A stretch of 64,000 nt of DNA from Podarcis erhardii (Eukaryota): the NCBI GenBank assembly GCA_964252035.1, contig OZ176202.1. One strand, written 5' to 3'. The notes beneath the pieces are model-generated. The model was not told where the DNA came from, searched no databases, and saw only the letters and a program-made list of their open reading frames with translations. This document shows positions 44,384-57,861 of this stretch, in pieces. The translations under genes and the position numbers were made by a program. Position 1 is the stretch's first letter, and each line of letters starts with the position of its first letter.

Positions 44384-46317
44384 GTTAGCGATGTTTAGTC
44401 CGTTGTCATTTATTAGATCTCATTAGGCGGTGCCCTTACCATATGCACATATGGTTTATGTAAAGTACAGCCTTTTACAACAAACTCCATAAACCAAAGT
44501 GGGGTGCTGATGAGTAGCAATGCTGTGTATTCCAGTTATGTGCTTACCATAGCTGTGACTAAAAGCTGGTTCAGGTTTACTCTCCTACAAGGTGATCACT
44601 ATAGGCACATCTTATTAACAGATGTACAGTGATATTCTTCTTCTACACATGATCAGCTCCCAAGTGTATGATGCTGGTGGTGGGGACCATAGTCTGTTGA
44701 GAGAGGATTCTGACACAGAGGCATTTTGAACCTCTGAACCTATAGTTCCTCTCATATAGCTCATAATGACAATGCAGCAACACATCCTCAGATAGTAAAA
44801 CTATTCTGTTTAGTGATGGTTTGATACATGTTGCATCTGCTGTCCATTATATTCTCTCCCCCCGCCCTGTTCCGCTCCCACCAGAATAACTGTACCACAT
44901 AGAGTTGTGTGAATTGGCACACAAGTTACTTTCTTATATGTTTTGTTTTTCTCACTAGTCAGTTTGCCCTGAATTGCACATGGTGAGAAAAATGAATGGT
45001 ATCATCAACAAAACAGGCAATAGAGAAAGCTACATGTTCCTTTCGTAATGTGGATTATAGTTAATGATCAAATAATTAAAGGCCTAAATTTTTCAGGATG
45101 ATGAACAGCAACAATCTCATGGTAGCTTGTTTGTGTTGTTGCAGATCTGCTTCCACATTCTCTCATGCCACCTGTAGCACAACAGAGAAATTCTGAACAA
45201 TTGACACTTGAAAGCCACAACAGAAGATGGTACAAGGGAGTGAAGCAGCTTTTTGAGAATTTATGTGTGTTAAAATAATCTCCCTCAAAGGCATTTACTG
45301 CCCACAAAATAAAAAAAATGAGTATCCTGTGAAAGTGACATCCATTGTGTCCAATGTTAACTCTATTTAGTCTGAAATAATAGAGAATGTTTTTCAGAAA
45401 GAGATACCTTCAAAAACAGGACCTTTGAGGGCCAAAGTAGACATGTTGAAGGCTGATAATTAGGATCTCCCACAGTTTTGAAAAAGAAAATTGAAAGCAG
45501 GACCCTGAATTGGATCAGGGCCTTGGCCACAGGAGAAAAATAATCCTTTCCCTCTGTGCCATTTCCCCAAATAAAATCATACACATTCCCTCCATAGAGT
45601 CCTTTGGTACATGCAGAAGGCTTGGGGAGAGGTAGAGTCTTATATTATTTGCATTGGGTTTGGGGAAGTTATGCTCGGCAAGGCGTCTCTTCCAATGCTC
45701 TGAAGAGACTCTCACTGTGTATTACCTTCTGCATATGCAGCACAAACGAGAGTTTGGGGGAGGTGATCTATATACGATTGGGCATCCAGCTTAGCAGAGG
45801 TCTGAGGACACTTGCCTCTGGCAAGCAGGTGAGTGGATCTGTGGATGCCTGGCATAATGCAACGTAATATAATGTAATACAATAATGGGCCATCAGTTGA
45901 GATTTTTCTGTCTGCCTTTTAAAGGCCATTATGCTATTCATGTGATTCAGCAAGGATAATTGGAAACTAGCTGTTCCTACAGATGCCAAAATTATGGGAT
46001 ACCACACTCTCACAAGATGACAGCATTGCTTGGTATTTTTAGAACACACAGAGCAGCATCAGGTGGACTTCCTGGCACATTGCTTCTTGTATCAATAGTG
46101 TTAGGAAGTGCAGAGAGTGACTTTTTTCCAGTTGCTTTTTCTTCTTTCTATGAATGAATGTTTCCGTGAGCACTACATTCTGTTTAGCTTTAGATCCCGA
46201 ATTCCTCTTACCCAGTATGCTTGGAATCTGCAAGGTTTTTTATTATGTATAATTTGCCTTTTCATAGTAATCGGGGTTTCTTTCCTGAATCCTGCAGGTC
46301 TATTTTAAAAAAACCAT

Positions 46318-46631
46318 AAGGTAAAGGTAAAGGGACCCCTGACCATTAGGTCCAGTCATGACCGACTCTAGGGTTGTGGCACTCATCTCGCTTTATTGGC
46401 CGAGGGAGCCAGTGTACAGCTTCTGGGTCATGTGGCCAGCAGGACTAAGCCACTTCTGGTGAACCAGAGCAGCGCACAGAAACACCGTTTACCTTCCCGC
46501 CGGAGCGGTACCTATTTATCTACTTGCACTTTGACATGCTTTCAAACTACTAGATTGGCAGGAGCAACAGGAGCTCACCCCGTCACGGGGATTCGAACCG
46601 CCAACTTTCTGATCGGCAAGTCCTAGGCTCT
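46318..46631 (-). mobile_element. Sauria SINE, 5'-truncated
   Basis: (AAAGGT)n tail and body homologous to 12371-12740. Confidence 0.9.
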
Positions 46632-46875
46632 ACTAGGATTTTCCCTTCAATCTTTAATATCCATCTTTTCTGTGTTATGAATTTGGGTAGTTTGCCATCA
46701 TCATTCATCTTCACAACATCTGTATAAGGGACATCATGTTCCCAAATTATTGTGGATAGGAAACGAAAGCTGGGAGAGATTGACTTGCCCGAGGGCACCC
46801 AGTAGATCTACGACAATGTTGGAATATGAACCCGTACAAGGTTCACCCTACATTTAATCAGGTCACATTGAATTA

Positions 46876-47079
46876 TAGTGGTACCTCAGTTTACGAACTT
46901 AATCTGTTCCGGAAGTCTGTTCTTAAACCAAAACCATTCTTAAACCGAGGCGCACTTTCCCTAATGAGGGCTTCCCCCGCCGGTGCCCTTCCACCATTCC
47001 GTTCATAGACTGATGTTTTGCGGAGTTCGTAAACTGAATAGTTCATAAACAGGGCTGTTCTTAAACCGAGGTACCACTG
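46876..47079. mobile_element. Tigger-like MITE (CAGTGGTACC TIR, TA TSD)
   Basis: TA-TAGTGGTACCTCAGTTT...AAACCGAGGTACCACTG-TA. Confidence 0.85.
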
Positions 47080-47945
47080 TATACCTAAACCATTTATCTT
47101 TTAACATCCACTTCACAAATTAACAGTGACTTCTTATGTGCTAGATTGTAAAATATTATTGGAAAATAGATTGTCCTGAATAGGCACCCATTTTTTTAAA
47201 AAAAAATCTGAGCCAGAAGAGAGCCATATTGGCTTTGAAAATAAATAAATAAATAAATTATGTGTTGGAACCTGAGTTGTGCAGAGAGGAACAAACTGGA
47301 TGATCCCACAGGCAGTAGAAAGAAGGTAGTTTTTGCTGATACTCACCCCAGCCTCCTATACCCCCCCCCCAATATCTGCTCTGGGGGGTTAGAGGAGTGC
47401 TCCCCCCACCAAGGGAATGAGTGAATGAGTTCTTCTATTAATGCAGGGATAACTGGATCCAACTATCTTACCTTCAGGTCACCAGACACAAATATTGCTG
47501 TTTTACCTTAACTTGAAAATTCCTTGTAAGCCTTGGGAGTAATTTGTAACAGGTTGTCGCCCAAAGCATTGTTTTATTTCCTTGCTTGTTTAAACGTATC
47601 CTATCAGCTGATGGCAACTCAGATGTTAAAATACAATTCTTGATTCAGACACATCTGTGACCTACAAAGAATAAAGCTGAAATCCTGTTCATGGGTAATG
47701 GTATTGTATTAAGTAGGGCTGCTCTGGAGTAGCAGTTAGCAACAATATTATACCTGTACAACATGATCCATAAATTATATATATAGTTAGAGATGTGAAG
47801 GCCTGGGAAAAGATGAGGGCATTAACACACACAATTTGCTGGGTTTTTCAGGGCCTTGGCATCTCTAGATAAACCAGCTTAAATCATTTTTGGATCACAC
47901 AGTGATTATTGTACTTCATTCATTGCTTCACTCCACACATCAATA

Positions 47946-48171
47946 CAGTGGTACCTGGGGTTACATACACTTCAGGTTACAGACTCCGCTAACTCAGAAA
48001 TATTACCTCGGGTTAAGAACTTTGCTTCAGGATGAGAACAGAAATCATGCTTCATCGGTGCAGCGGCAGCAGGAAGCCCCATTAGCTAAAGTGGTGCTTC
48101 AGGTTAAGAACAGTTTCAGGTTAAGAACGGATCTCCGGAACAAATTAACTACTTAACCTGAGGTACCACTG
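47946..48171. mobile_element. Tigger-like MITE (CAGTGGTACC TIR)
   Basis: TA-CAGTGGTACCTGGGGTTA...TAACCTGAGGTACCACTG. Confidence 0.85.
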
Positions 48172-49155
48172 AATTCTTCTTTTTCTAAATGTTTATATTG
48201 GATGGAATGTTATGGCTTCCCTGTTGATTAGCTCAAATTCAGGTTCACCAGTGACACATTTACTGTACCTTGCACTTGGGGAAACGTCAGTGCGTCACCT
48301 TTCCCATTCTGGAGAAATTTCTAGCACAGCATAATTAACACCTGTGGGAACCCAATGGGTGCAGTAATCTGCATTAGGTAATACTTATGGGCTTCTCTCT
48401 TCCCACTTCAGCTGAGGTCAGAGCTTGGGGAATTCAATTCTAAGCTAACAGTGGTGGAATGAGGTTAGACAGTAGCAAATAAAAAGACTTTTCAGTCCAA
48501 GCAGTATAAAGGTGGAATAACTAGAATAGTTATTTTAGGGCAAAGCAGACTGGGCTGGAAGGGAGAGGGTGCCACAGTTTGCTATCCACTTTCGTACTTT
48601 TTCCGCTTTTGATGGAAAGTTAACTTGATTATAATAGTTCTTTGTTTATTTATTTTTTTAAAATCAACAAAGTTGTCACCTAGCAACATAAAGTGCCACT
48701 AATTATAAAGCTCGTTATAAAGCAAAGAAAACACTCTGCAAGCCAGTTCATAAGACCTCAGGCCACGTGCTGCGGACTGGCCATGTGAATCAGCCTTTAA
48801 CCTGTCTTGATTGACAAAAGTATATTTCTTTTCAAATGAATCTCTATTTATCTTGTTCGCCAACAACCCTTATCTGTTTTACTTTACAAAGTGTTGCAGT
48901 GGAGAAAATCTAAACACTAGTTCTTATTACCATTGCTAGGTCTTTTGAGATTCTTAAACTCGGAGACCAGAAAAAAAGAGCTTTGGAGATAAGCAGGTGG
49001 TGCCTAGGCAGTGGAGAAGGAACCCTGTTGAGGGATGAGTGGAGCCTTATGGCTCCTTGGGGGAGGCAGGGAGCAGAGCCTGGAAGCAGGAGAAGGACAT
49101 AGCTCAGGTGGCGATCATCTGCAGCAGAACGTCCCTATTTCAATTCCCAATATCT

Positions 49156-49270
49156 CTAAGTAGGACTTGGAAAGACCACTGTCGGGAATCTGGGAGAGCC
49201 ATGGTCAGTCTGTTTAAACATTGCTGAGCCAGATGGACCAATGGTCTGGTTCTGAATAAGACAGCTTGCT
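49156..49270 (+). mobile_element. Squam2-like SINE, 3' half
   Basis: GAAAGACC...GAGAGCC...GATGGACCAATGGTCTG. Confidence 0.6.
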
Positions 49271-49404
49271 GGGACAGGAGTAGAAACTGATAGACATGGG
49301 AGTTTGCTTATCTTAAGATCCAAGCCAATGCTTTTCAGTGGAATCCATTCCCCATCCAGTTGCCAGTCATGAATGCAACTTGAATTCTCTCCCTCATAAA
49401 AGAA

Positions 49405-49582
49405 GGAACGTTTGCTCAGTGGTGGAGCATGCAAATTATCATGCAGAAGATCCTAGTTCAATCCTTGGCATCTCCTGCAGGTAACGGACTGAGACTCTGG
49501 GGAGCTGCTCTGCCAGCCAGAGTAGATAATCCTGGGCGAAATGGACAGTCTCTCCTGGTAGAAGGCAGCTTCCTCTGATCTG
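49405..49582 (+). mobile_element. Squam2-like SINE
   Basis: GCTCAGTGGTGGAGCATG...GTTCAATCCTTGGCATCTCC tRNA-Ala-like head. Confidence 0.7.
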
Positions 49583-51789
49583 TGCTCCATGTGATCAGCC
49601 CCCTGACAATTGGCAGAGGAATGTGTGAACTAACCCCACTGAACAGCAGTATGAAATTATACAAAGCAGCTGTCTGCGGTGTTTTATCTGCGGTGCCCCT
49701 TGAATTTTGCACAAGTGCAAAATCAAGTGAAGAGAAAACCAGTTTCTCTTCATGCTGGGGCAGGTGAAAAATAAATAAATACCTCATACACCTCATTCAC
49801 AGGGATCAAATTGTGAGAGAGCATTTTGCCAGTTTTCAGCAATGAGCTGAAAATTGGGGGATTGGTTTGGGGCAGGAAAAGAAAAGGCCCTGCATCTTTT
49901 TCTTTGCCTTATGATGTGTGGTATGACAAGCGACAGCTTCTTCCTTTCCTGTTTCCCCACTTTGTCTTTGGGAAAGAGAGACGTGTACTACTTAGCTGGC
50001 CCACTAGCAGGTGCATCTGTAGGAGTTGTGTTTGTTGGCTGGCTGACAGCTGCCATATCCTTCACTAAAGAAATTTCTTGGGGACAAGGAAATGGCAGTG
50101 GTTGAGTTAGCCACACCTACTCGGGCAAGTAGAACATTACTCCTCCCCCTTAGCCTATGAAGGAGGGAAGCCAGCACTTGCTACACTCTGCGCCTAGGGG
50201 GCAGAGACGTTCAGCCTTCTTGCCACCCCAAAACCAATTTCCTTGTTTTCTAGCCATTACCCCAGGCATTTCAGGGAGCCAGAGTCAATGAAGCAATCCA
50301 GTTCAGTTAACCAAGTAACAGGGTGAGTTCTTCCATATGTTAACAAGTTTTGACCCTTTGTTCTCGCTGTAGTTCCATCCACTGGGACAGGCCATGTTTT
50401 TTCTAAACGAGGTGGGGAACCTATTTCAGCCGGAAGGCTGCATCCCCTTGTGGGCAATTTTCCAGGAGCTGCCTGCCTGTGGATGAGAGGGGTCAGAGAC
50501 AAAAATGAGACAAAAAAGAAACAATAGTTGTGATTCATACCTCTTTACAGTAGGCTACATTGCAGCCCTGCAAAAGCCAGAGGTTTCTATACCCTTCCAC
50601 CCCCCCACACACACTTCTCTCTCTAGTTGGGCAAGCAAGAGGCATTGTCACATTTCAGGACACATTCCATTCAGGCAAAAGCAGTCTGGGGGTTCAGAGC
50701 AGGACTAGTGAGGGTGCTGGGGGGGGGGGAGTTCCAAGCCGCAGGCAGTCCTGCAGTTGCCAGGGCCCCCAAGGCCTGAGGTTCTCCACCCCTGTACTAA
50801 GCATATCTAGCGGGGGGGGGGGGCGGACGGACCAGAATGAGAAAGTAGACAGGGATTCCATACGCTGATGAAATGAGAAATGTTGCATGTGCTGAAATTC
50901 CTTCTTCCACACAACTTGATAACGTTGCAGGTGCCCTGTGTTCCCTTTCACCGTACTTGCATCTTAAATCCACACTTTGTGGGGTTGTTGTTTCTTCTTA
51001 GCATCCCTCGTTGTTCTTGTTAGGCAGCACACAGGATGGTAATCAGGTCAGCTTTTGTTCTCTTTTGTTCTGATCCAAGAGAACTTCAAATAGAGGCCAG
51101 GCAACCAAATGATATCAGTGGAATTTTGTAAATCGGGTACCAAGGATTTATTTATACCTCCTTAACGAGGTAGGAGTTGCAAGGGATTAAGCATCAAAGA
51201 TTCCCCAAATAACTGGAGACTACGTGACTGATCTGCTGCCCTGGACTAAGCCACATGTGTGCATGAGCCCTAGAAGAATTAGCAGTTGTGTTCACATACT
51301 CCGTTGCTCAGGTTGCATTACGAGATTCAAAGGCTGGCTGAGTGTCAGCAAATATCCGTATACCGACCGTTGAGACAGATTTACTAGGCGAGATGCCTGC
51401 TAGCCAGCCGAACACTCTGATGCCTATGATCCTAATGTTGACTTTGCAACAAATGGGAAAAAAGTAAATGTATTGATTTATCCAATTGCTTGTTCATAAA
51501 ATGCTTGACAGTGTCAAGATTAAGGATAAGCTAGTTTTGATTGCCGTAAAACACACAATATTTTTATCATTCTCCAAGCTCCCCTGAACTTCCATGATAG
51601 GTGTGGGAGCAGTGCTTTCTCTATAGACATTGGAACTGTGTGAAAAAGCATGATTCCATTATTTTACGTAACGCCCAAAGCTGCTCTGTGTATGCACTCC
51701 AGAAAGATGACATAGAAAAGGAGTGACGTTGAGGATATCTCACCTGTCTAGTGCTCTGCATGTGTTTTTGCCATCAACAGTGATAGCAT

Positions 51790-51943
51790 AGCATAACTGC
51801 TTTGCATGGTTCTTTATCCCCAGCATCTCCAGAACTGGGAAAGACTGAAAGGAACCCTGGAGATCTGCTGCCAGTCAGCACAAACAACACTGGGCTAGAT
51901 AGACCTGTGGTCTGAGTTGGCATAAGGTCGTTTTCTGTGTTCC
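51790..51943 (+). mobile_element. Squam2-like SINE
   Basis: CATCTCCAG...CTGCCAGTCAG...GCTAGATAGACC...TGTTCCT. Confidence 0.65.
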
Positions 51944-54900
51944 TACAACCCAACATTTTGGATTTCCTTTAAGGTGGAATTGTAATGGAGTGGACTGGGG
52001 GTGGACTTGGATTAAATGCCATTCTCTGTAGTGACACACCTTTAAGGTAAAGGGATATGTAGCATAACAAATGCAGGTCTCCACAGGACAATGCTAAACT
52101 GTCTAAAAAGCCAATGTTTCCAGTTATCTGCCTCTTTTGACAGTTTGTGGACATTTATTGATGCTGTTTTGTCTTGCTTTTTTCTTCTTCCAGGCCCTTC
52201 ATCTGACACGAGAGCTAGAGGGGGGGAAAACTTTGCCAAATCAACTGTCAGCAAGGACAGGGATACCGTTTACAGCTTATAACCTTTGTGAACCCTGCAT
52301 TATTTTCCTAACAAAACAGAGACTGTTAAAGAGCCCCGGAACCAGAGTGATGAACCGCCGTGTCTGGAATTGAACTCATTCTGAAGTATGCAAAATCTTC
52401 CTTTTATGGGATGTCCCACCACCAACTTGAGGATATGTTGGTTTAGCCACCACCCTGTTTCAGAACACACTGTGTAGCCTTTACAATAGTTTATTTGTCA
52501 ATCAGTATATGGGGTTCCAATATGTGTATGGGTTGCAGGATGCTTTCGGTTGGCTTTTATTTTTCAGGGTTTCCCCTACCCCTCTTAAGGTGTGAGTATT
52601 CTCCCTCCCCCCCACCCCCGTGAAATGCTTTAAATTGTTCCTTTTCACATGCCGATTCCTCATGAATATGAAATGCAGACTAATATATGCACACTGAAAA
52701 GCCGAATGGATTTTGGCTTGAAAATACCAACAGCACTTGAATATTTCAGTCTTTATAGCACCTACCAACTATTTGAATCTGAAAGGTGGTTTATGAGGGG
52801 TTTTAATGTTTGCTTGTTATATGGTTTGGGCTTTTATTTTATTTTTTAGTTGGTTGATTCTGATTCAGAACCCTTCCCCCCACCCCCAAAAGTCTTTGCT
52901 TAAATTTAAGGGTACTCCTTTCTTTCCTTTCAATACCAAGAGGGTGCATTTTACCTCACAAAATTAGCCACCACCAAGGCTGCATCCTTACCAGTGTTCG
53001 AAAGCTATGAGGCGGTGTGGCGGGGAGGGGTAAATTCATAGTGTTTTATGAGTCAATAACTGGCTTGCTATTAGTCAAATCGACTCGGGCCTAGTGCGTA
53101 ATCCTAGCAGTTCTGCCAAAACAGCTGCAGTGATTGTGATTGTGATTTTGGCCTGCCCAGGCAATTTAGCAACTGGCTGATCTTGAAAATGAGTAAGTGG
53201 TCTGCCCTGGTTGCCATCTTGCCAGACAATTAGTCCTTAACAGCCTAGAAGGCAGCAGCTTAATTTCAGATTAAATTTATTAATAATAGTAATAACAACA
53301 ACAACAAAGACCTAAAATAAAAAGACTATATTGCATGAAAACGAGAGTTTTATGTATATGCATCATCCAGGACTTCGATGATTTATTACATTGGTAATTA
53401 TTTTTACATCCTCTCCTTGATTATTCTTTCCTTCTTCTGAAGTGTCATCGAGTCTAGGAAGAGAAGCAGAGGGAAAGGCAGGAAGGAGAGACAGGGTGGG
53501 GGAATACATACAGATAGCTTTTCATAGGAGCGTAGACTGTAATTGGATAAATTCCATGGAAAAACAAAGTAGTTTTTATATATTTTGCTTTTATGGGTTT
53601 CTTTTGTAAATTTATATGGTAATAATGACTGAAAGGTATGGTGCTGTGCAGGTCCTCTCTGTTTGATTACTTTTTATTGATACCTTTTGGGGAAGATAAG
53701 GGCAAAGAGGGAAACCCAATGGTACGATTCAATTTTTTTGGGTGGGGCGGGGCAGGAAGTGGTGTGAAGTCACTTTGGGTAGGACAACGTATACAGGATT
53801 TCTCCAAAGTGGTATATGAAGAACTTTTCTTGGCATAAAAAAGACATAATGCATATAAATATATAAATATATTTTATTATGTACAGAAACGGATCATTAT
53901 GCATGAATGTTAGGAGAACAGGCTAGCATTTTAACCCAAAGTTTCAGTGCATGAGTTTCCACTGGCACATGAACCATGTACTTTGTGGTGTGACTCCCTT
54001 CAGCCGCCACACTTGTAGGCACCCACAAGCACCCACACACTTATACACACGCACACAGACATCTGTGGGCCCCATATTGCTCCTTCTTTTCCAGCCCTTT
54101 GAAGTAATATTGGTGAAATTACAGCTCCTTATACGATGGAAGTTTTGTTTCGTACTGTAGCCTCTTCCTCATGACTGTGCTGCGCTATTCTCTAGATGAA
54201 CATGTGAACTCCATCATGCAGTTCATAAACTGAATTATGAAAACTCTGTGCTGTCGTGGTTCTAAGTAGCTCATAGAATATAAACTTTCCAGATAGTTAA
54301 AAGATTTTTATCATTTTCCAAAAAACGCAAAATAAAAAAAAATACAGGCTATTTTTTTAAGAATTAAGGTGGTATATTTATCAATGGCAGGGTCCAGTTT
54401 ATCATATTTCTTTAATCAGAAATAACCAATGTGTGTGTTTGTTCTCCACATTGGAAAGGGCTTCCCCGAGAGGAAAACACTGTACAATTGTCATCTGTTC
54501 CAGGGGCTTAAGGAAGGTGTCGTTTTCTTTTAGAGAGACTCAGTTACAGGTACCTATTACCAAAGCTAGTTAAGAATTTTTGCTCACATGCCTTCACTGC
54601 ATAGGAGTATCTGGTACATCATTAAATGTGAATTCAGCTGACAATGACATTTTGGGGTGTTTTGTTGTTTTGTTTTGTGGTGTTCCTCTCCCCCCCCCCA
54701 AGTATAGCGATGTGTTTGGTGACTAACAGTTTATTTTATTTGTAAGTTTCTGTCTTTCTTCTCAACAGGAAGTCTGTATAAAAAAACCTGGTACACAGAA
54801 AGCTTTATGGTTTCCTCATTTGACTTCTGTTGAATTTCCTTTAATATTTCAGGGAGTTCATTAGAGAAACAGGTATATTCTTTATTTTGCAAGCTCTAAT

Positions 54901-55189
54901 ATTAGTAAGGTGATTAATTTACACAAAGAGTAGAAACTGTGTGTGCAATCTGTCCACAACTAAGCCTGTTTCAGTGGAAGAGAGTTAAGCACCTGCCATC
55001 ATTGGGGACTTTTCAGGGGACTTGAGTAAACATGCATAGAATCAAACTACATGGCCATAATCCTAAGTACACTTATTGGAGATGACACAGCTCAATGGTT
55101 GCAATAAGCTTTCCATCCTCATTGTTAAGCTCCCATATGTGTTTATATAATGGCCAAGTGACAGGCTTCCAAGGAAGCCCAAGCACCTG

Positions 55190-55346
55190 GACCATACGTA
55201 GATCAGTGATTCAGCATGTGCTTCACATGCAGAAGGTCCCAGATTCCTGGCATTTCCTTATAGGGTTGGAAAAGACTCTGTGTAAACACTACTGAACTAG
55301 ATGAACCAATGGCCTGACTCTGCAAAGGCAGCTGCCTATGTTCCTC
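55190..55346 (+). mobile_element. Squam2-like SINE inside the FOXO3 3'UTR
   Basis: CATGCAGAAGGTCCCAG...AAGGCAGCTGCCTATGTTCCT. Confidence 0.72.
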
Positions 55347-55927
55347 AACTTTTATACTTTATTGGGGGTATTGCTGGGAGACAATTGTGTCATCCCAAAG
55401 TATGTGTAAAGAGCATGCATCATTGAACCAAGGGAGACTTCTGAGTAAACAAAGAGCCTAAATGCAAGCTAGTTAGATTAGGGTACTGAAGCTACAGGCA
55501 ACTTGCTTCTATTGACAACCATAGGATAGTCACAATGAACACCATCAAGCTATATTTAAGCACTTTGTAGCCTGATTCTATGCATACTTACTCAGAAGTA
55601 AGTCTCACTGATAGTACATTGCATTCTGGACTCAGTCATAGGAATGTAAATCTGAAAAGAGCCCACAAAGGTCTATCAGTCAATCCATTTTTTGCCCTCC
55701 TCTATAGCTAGTCCCTGAAGCCACTCACAATACACAACTCCAAGTATTTGACTTCTGCTCTCAACTGGAAGGCTAGTCAACAAACCCTTCTCTTCAGACA
55801 TTGTCCCAACAACTATATTCTAGTTTATAAGCATAAGTAGCCTCTGTGTCTCATCTTTTATCTGGAGACTAGAATGAGCAAAGATTTCTCAAGCTTGCCA
55901 GACTATGGCATTTACATGGCTCTAAAG

Positions 55928-56066
55928 CAGCAGTTATCAACTTGTAGGTCCCCAGATGTTGTTGGACTACAACTCCCATTATCCCTGAGCTCTGGCCTTG
56001 CTAGCTAGGGGTGATGGGAGTTGTAGTTCAACAACATCTTAGGGACCCACAGGTTGAGAAAGGCTG
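55928..56066. mobile_element. Palindromic hAT-type MITE inside the FOXO3 3'UTR
   Basis: Perfect 8-bp TSD CTCTAAAG (55920-55927 and 56067-56074); ~59-nt inverted arms. Confidence 0.9.
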
Positions 56067-57855
56067 CTCTAAAGGAATCCCATGTTAGGGGAAAGCATGA
56101 TCTGAAAAATCCTCTAGTTAGATCCTAGACCACTTTAGAAGTAACACAAAACCATGGTTTGGTGTTATAAGTTTCAGTGAGTCTCAGGCTCTCACACTGC
56201 TACACCCTTCTTCTCTATCTGCAAGATTTAAAGCTTCCATTTTTCCTTTTGAATAAACTGCAATGTCCCATTATATTTCTAGACTCAGGAAATTGATTTT
56301 ATTGACTGTGGTTAGTCAACAAACCAGAATCCAAAACAATAATTTAATCCTGGTTTGCTTAAACAAGCCACAGTTAGAATAAACCAGTTTTCAGAATTTG
56401 GATGTAGCATCATATATATCTATATCTACCCCTCTTTTTAAAAGTGGCTTTTGAAAGTGGAAGCTTTCAGTAATCTTTTTCTTTTGCATGTGAAAGGGAT
56501 GGGGAAGAATCCAAGCCCGCAGATCATCACAGCTCATTCTCATAGTACTCACTAAACCATGGTTTACTGTTAAACCTGAATGGGGTACTGTGCCAAAAAT
56601 TCACGTATTTTCTAAATTCAGAGGCTAATATTATTGCTTGGAACCTTTGGCCACCAAACTACATTTTTCAAATGCAAACCTCAACCTACTTACCTTGAAG
56701 CAGTCCTGGAGCACCTGCAAGTGATTTGAACTTCCCAGCCATCCACTATCCCAATTATCCATCATCCACTACCTAAGGGTTCAATTGTGAAGATCACTTC
56801 AATCCTACAGAGCATTGAAAAGTGGTGCATTCCTGATGAGTTCACCCTTCATGTCCTTAAATGCTATGGTATATGAGCATGATTATCGGTGCACAAGCTG
56901 CAGTTGTTATATTGTGTCTGTGGGCAACTTTGCAGGCATTGTTGAATTGTTTATGGGATTATACTTATAAAATACAACAGCTAGGTAACTAGCCCTAGTC
57001 ACCCTAATTTTTGGAGTTATGAGTGCATTACAAATTGAAATTGTGTCCATTAAATAAGGATTTGGCATAGATGCGTAGGCAGTTTCTTTAACTGTCTACT
57101 GAACAGTTCATAGGATTCTGTTTTTAGAACACTTCACATTTATTTTTTGATTTCACTCTTGATGAAATAATTTCTCTAATAATGGGTTATCAGACTGCTG
57201 CCTATCATATCACACCGTATTCAAGAACCAAATGTTGGAATGCTGATCTCTTCGAAATGACATCATTGCTTGGCGAACAACCTTCATTCATTAGTTTCTA
57301 TACATGATGTATATTGGAAATACCAGCAGATGAGGGGGACCAGATACTTTTACTTGCTATGGGGAGGGACTAGGGAGGGAAGGGGGAATGTATTGTACAT
57401 TTTGGCTTCACGTGTGAAACTTTTTTTAACCAAAAAAAGTTGCATGAATGGACAAAATATGTATACAGTATCTGTAAAACTGTCTTATCTGGGTTATTTC
57501 TTTCACTGTCAGACCACATACTTTGGAAGAATATTCCATCCACTGCCTTACTGCATGGCCATCTTTCCTAAGAGGTGCACAATTTTTACTTTTCGTACAA
57601 GCTACCTTGCAGTTTCGTTTGAAAGCCAGCACTGTTGCAAACGCAATGGAGACTTTTGTGAAACCAAATGCTGACATGGGTGAATATACTACCTTACTAC
57701 ATAATGATTGGATGTCAGTTTGATTTTGAAATCTTACCCCTTTGCAAATGAAATAGCAGTGCAGAGCTTATCTCCACTTGGTGTTAGTAGATATTGCCTC
57801 ATGTATTCCATTCTCAATTGTAATCTAGTTTGTAAAAGAAATTGTGACGCATGTA

Positions 57856-57861
57856 AATAAA
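57856..57861 (+). terminator. Distal polyadenylation signal AATAAA of FOXO3
   Basis: TGTAAATAAAGCAT context overlapping a Pumilio-type TGTAAATA, with a U/GU-rich element downstream at ~57896-57930. Confidence 0.7.

Noticed and set aside
50408-50794. Possible ~390-bp hAT MITE
   Set aside because: Termini are degenerate and the TSD does not match; boundaries unsupported.
3809-55346. tRNA-like heads (A/B boxes) at several sites
   Set aside because: All continue into SINE bodies and lack a complete cloverleaf; not tRNA genes.
9913-56066. Recurrent GGACTACAACTCCC palindromes as a CRISPR-like or regulatory array
   Set aside because: Dispersed, with TIRs and 8-bp TSDs; these are MITE copies, not a spaced array.
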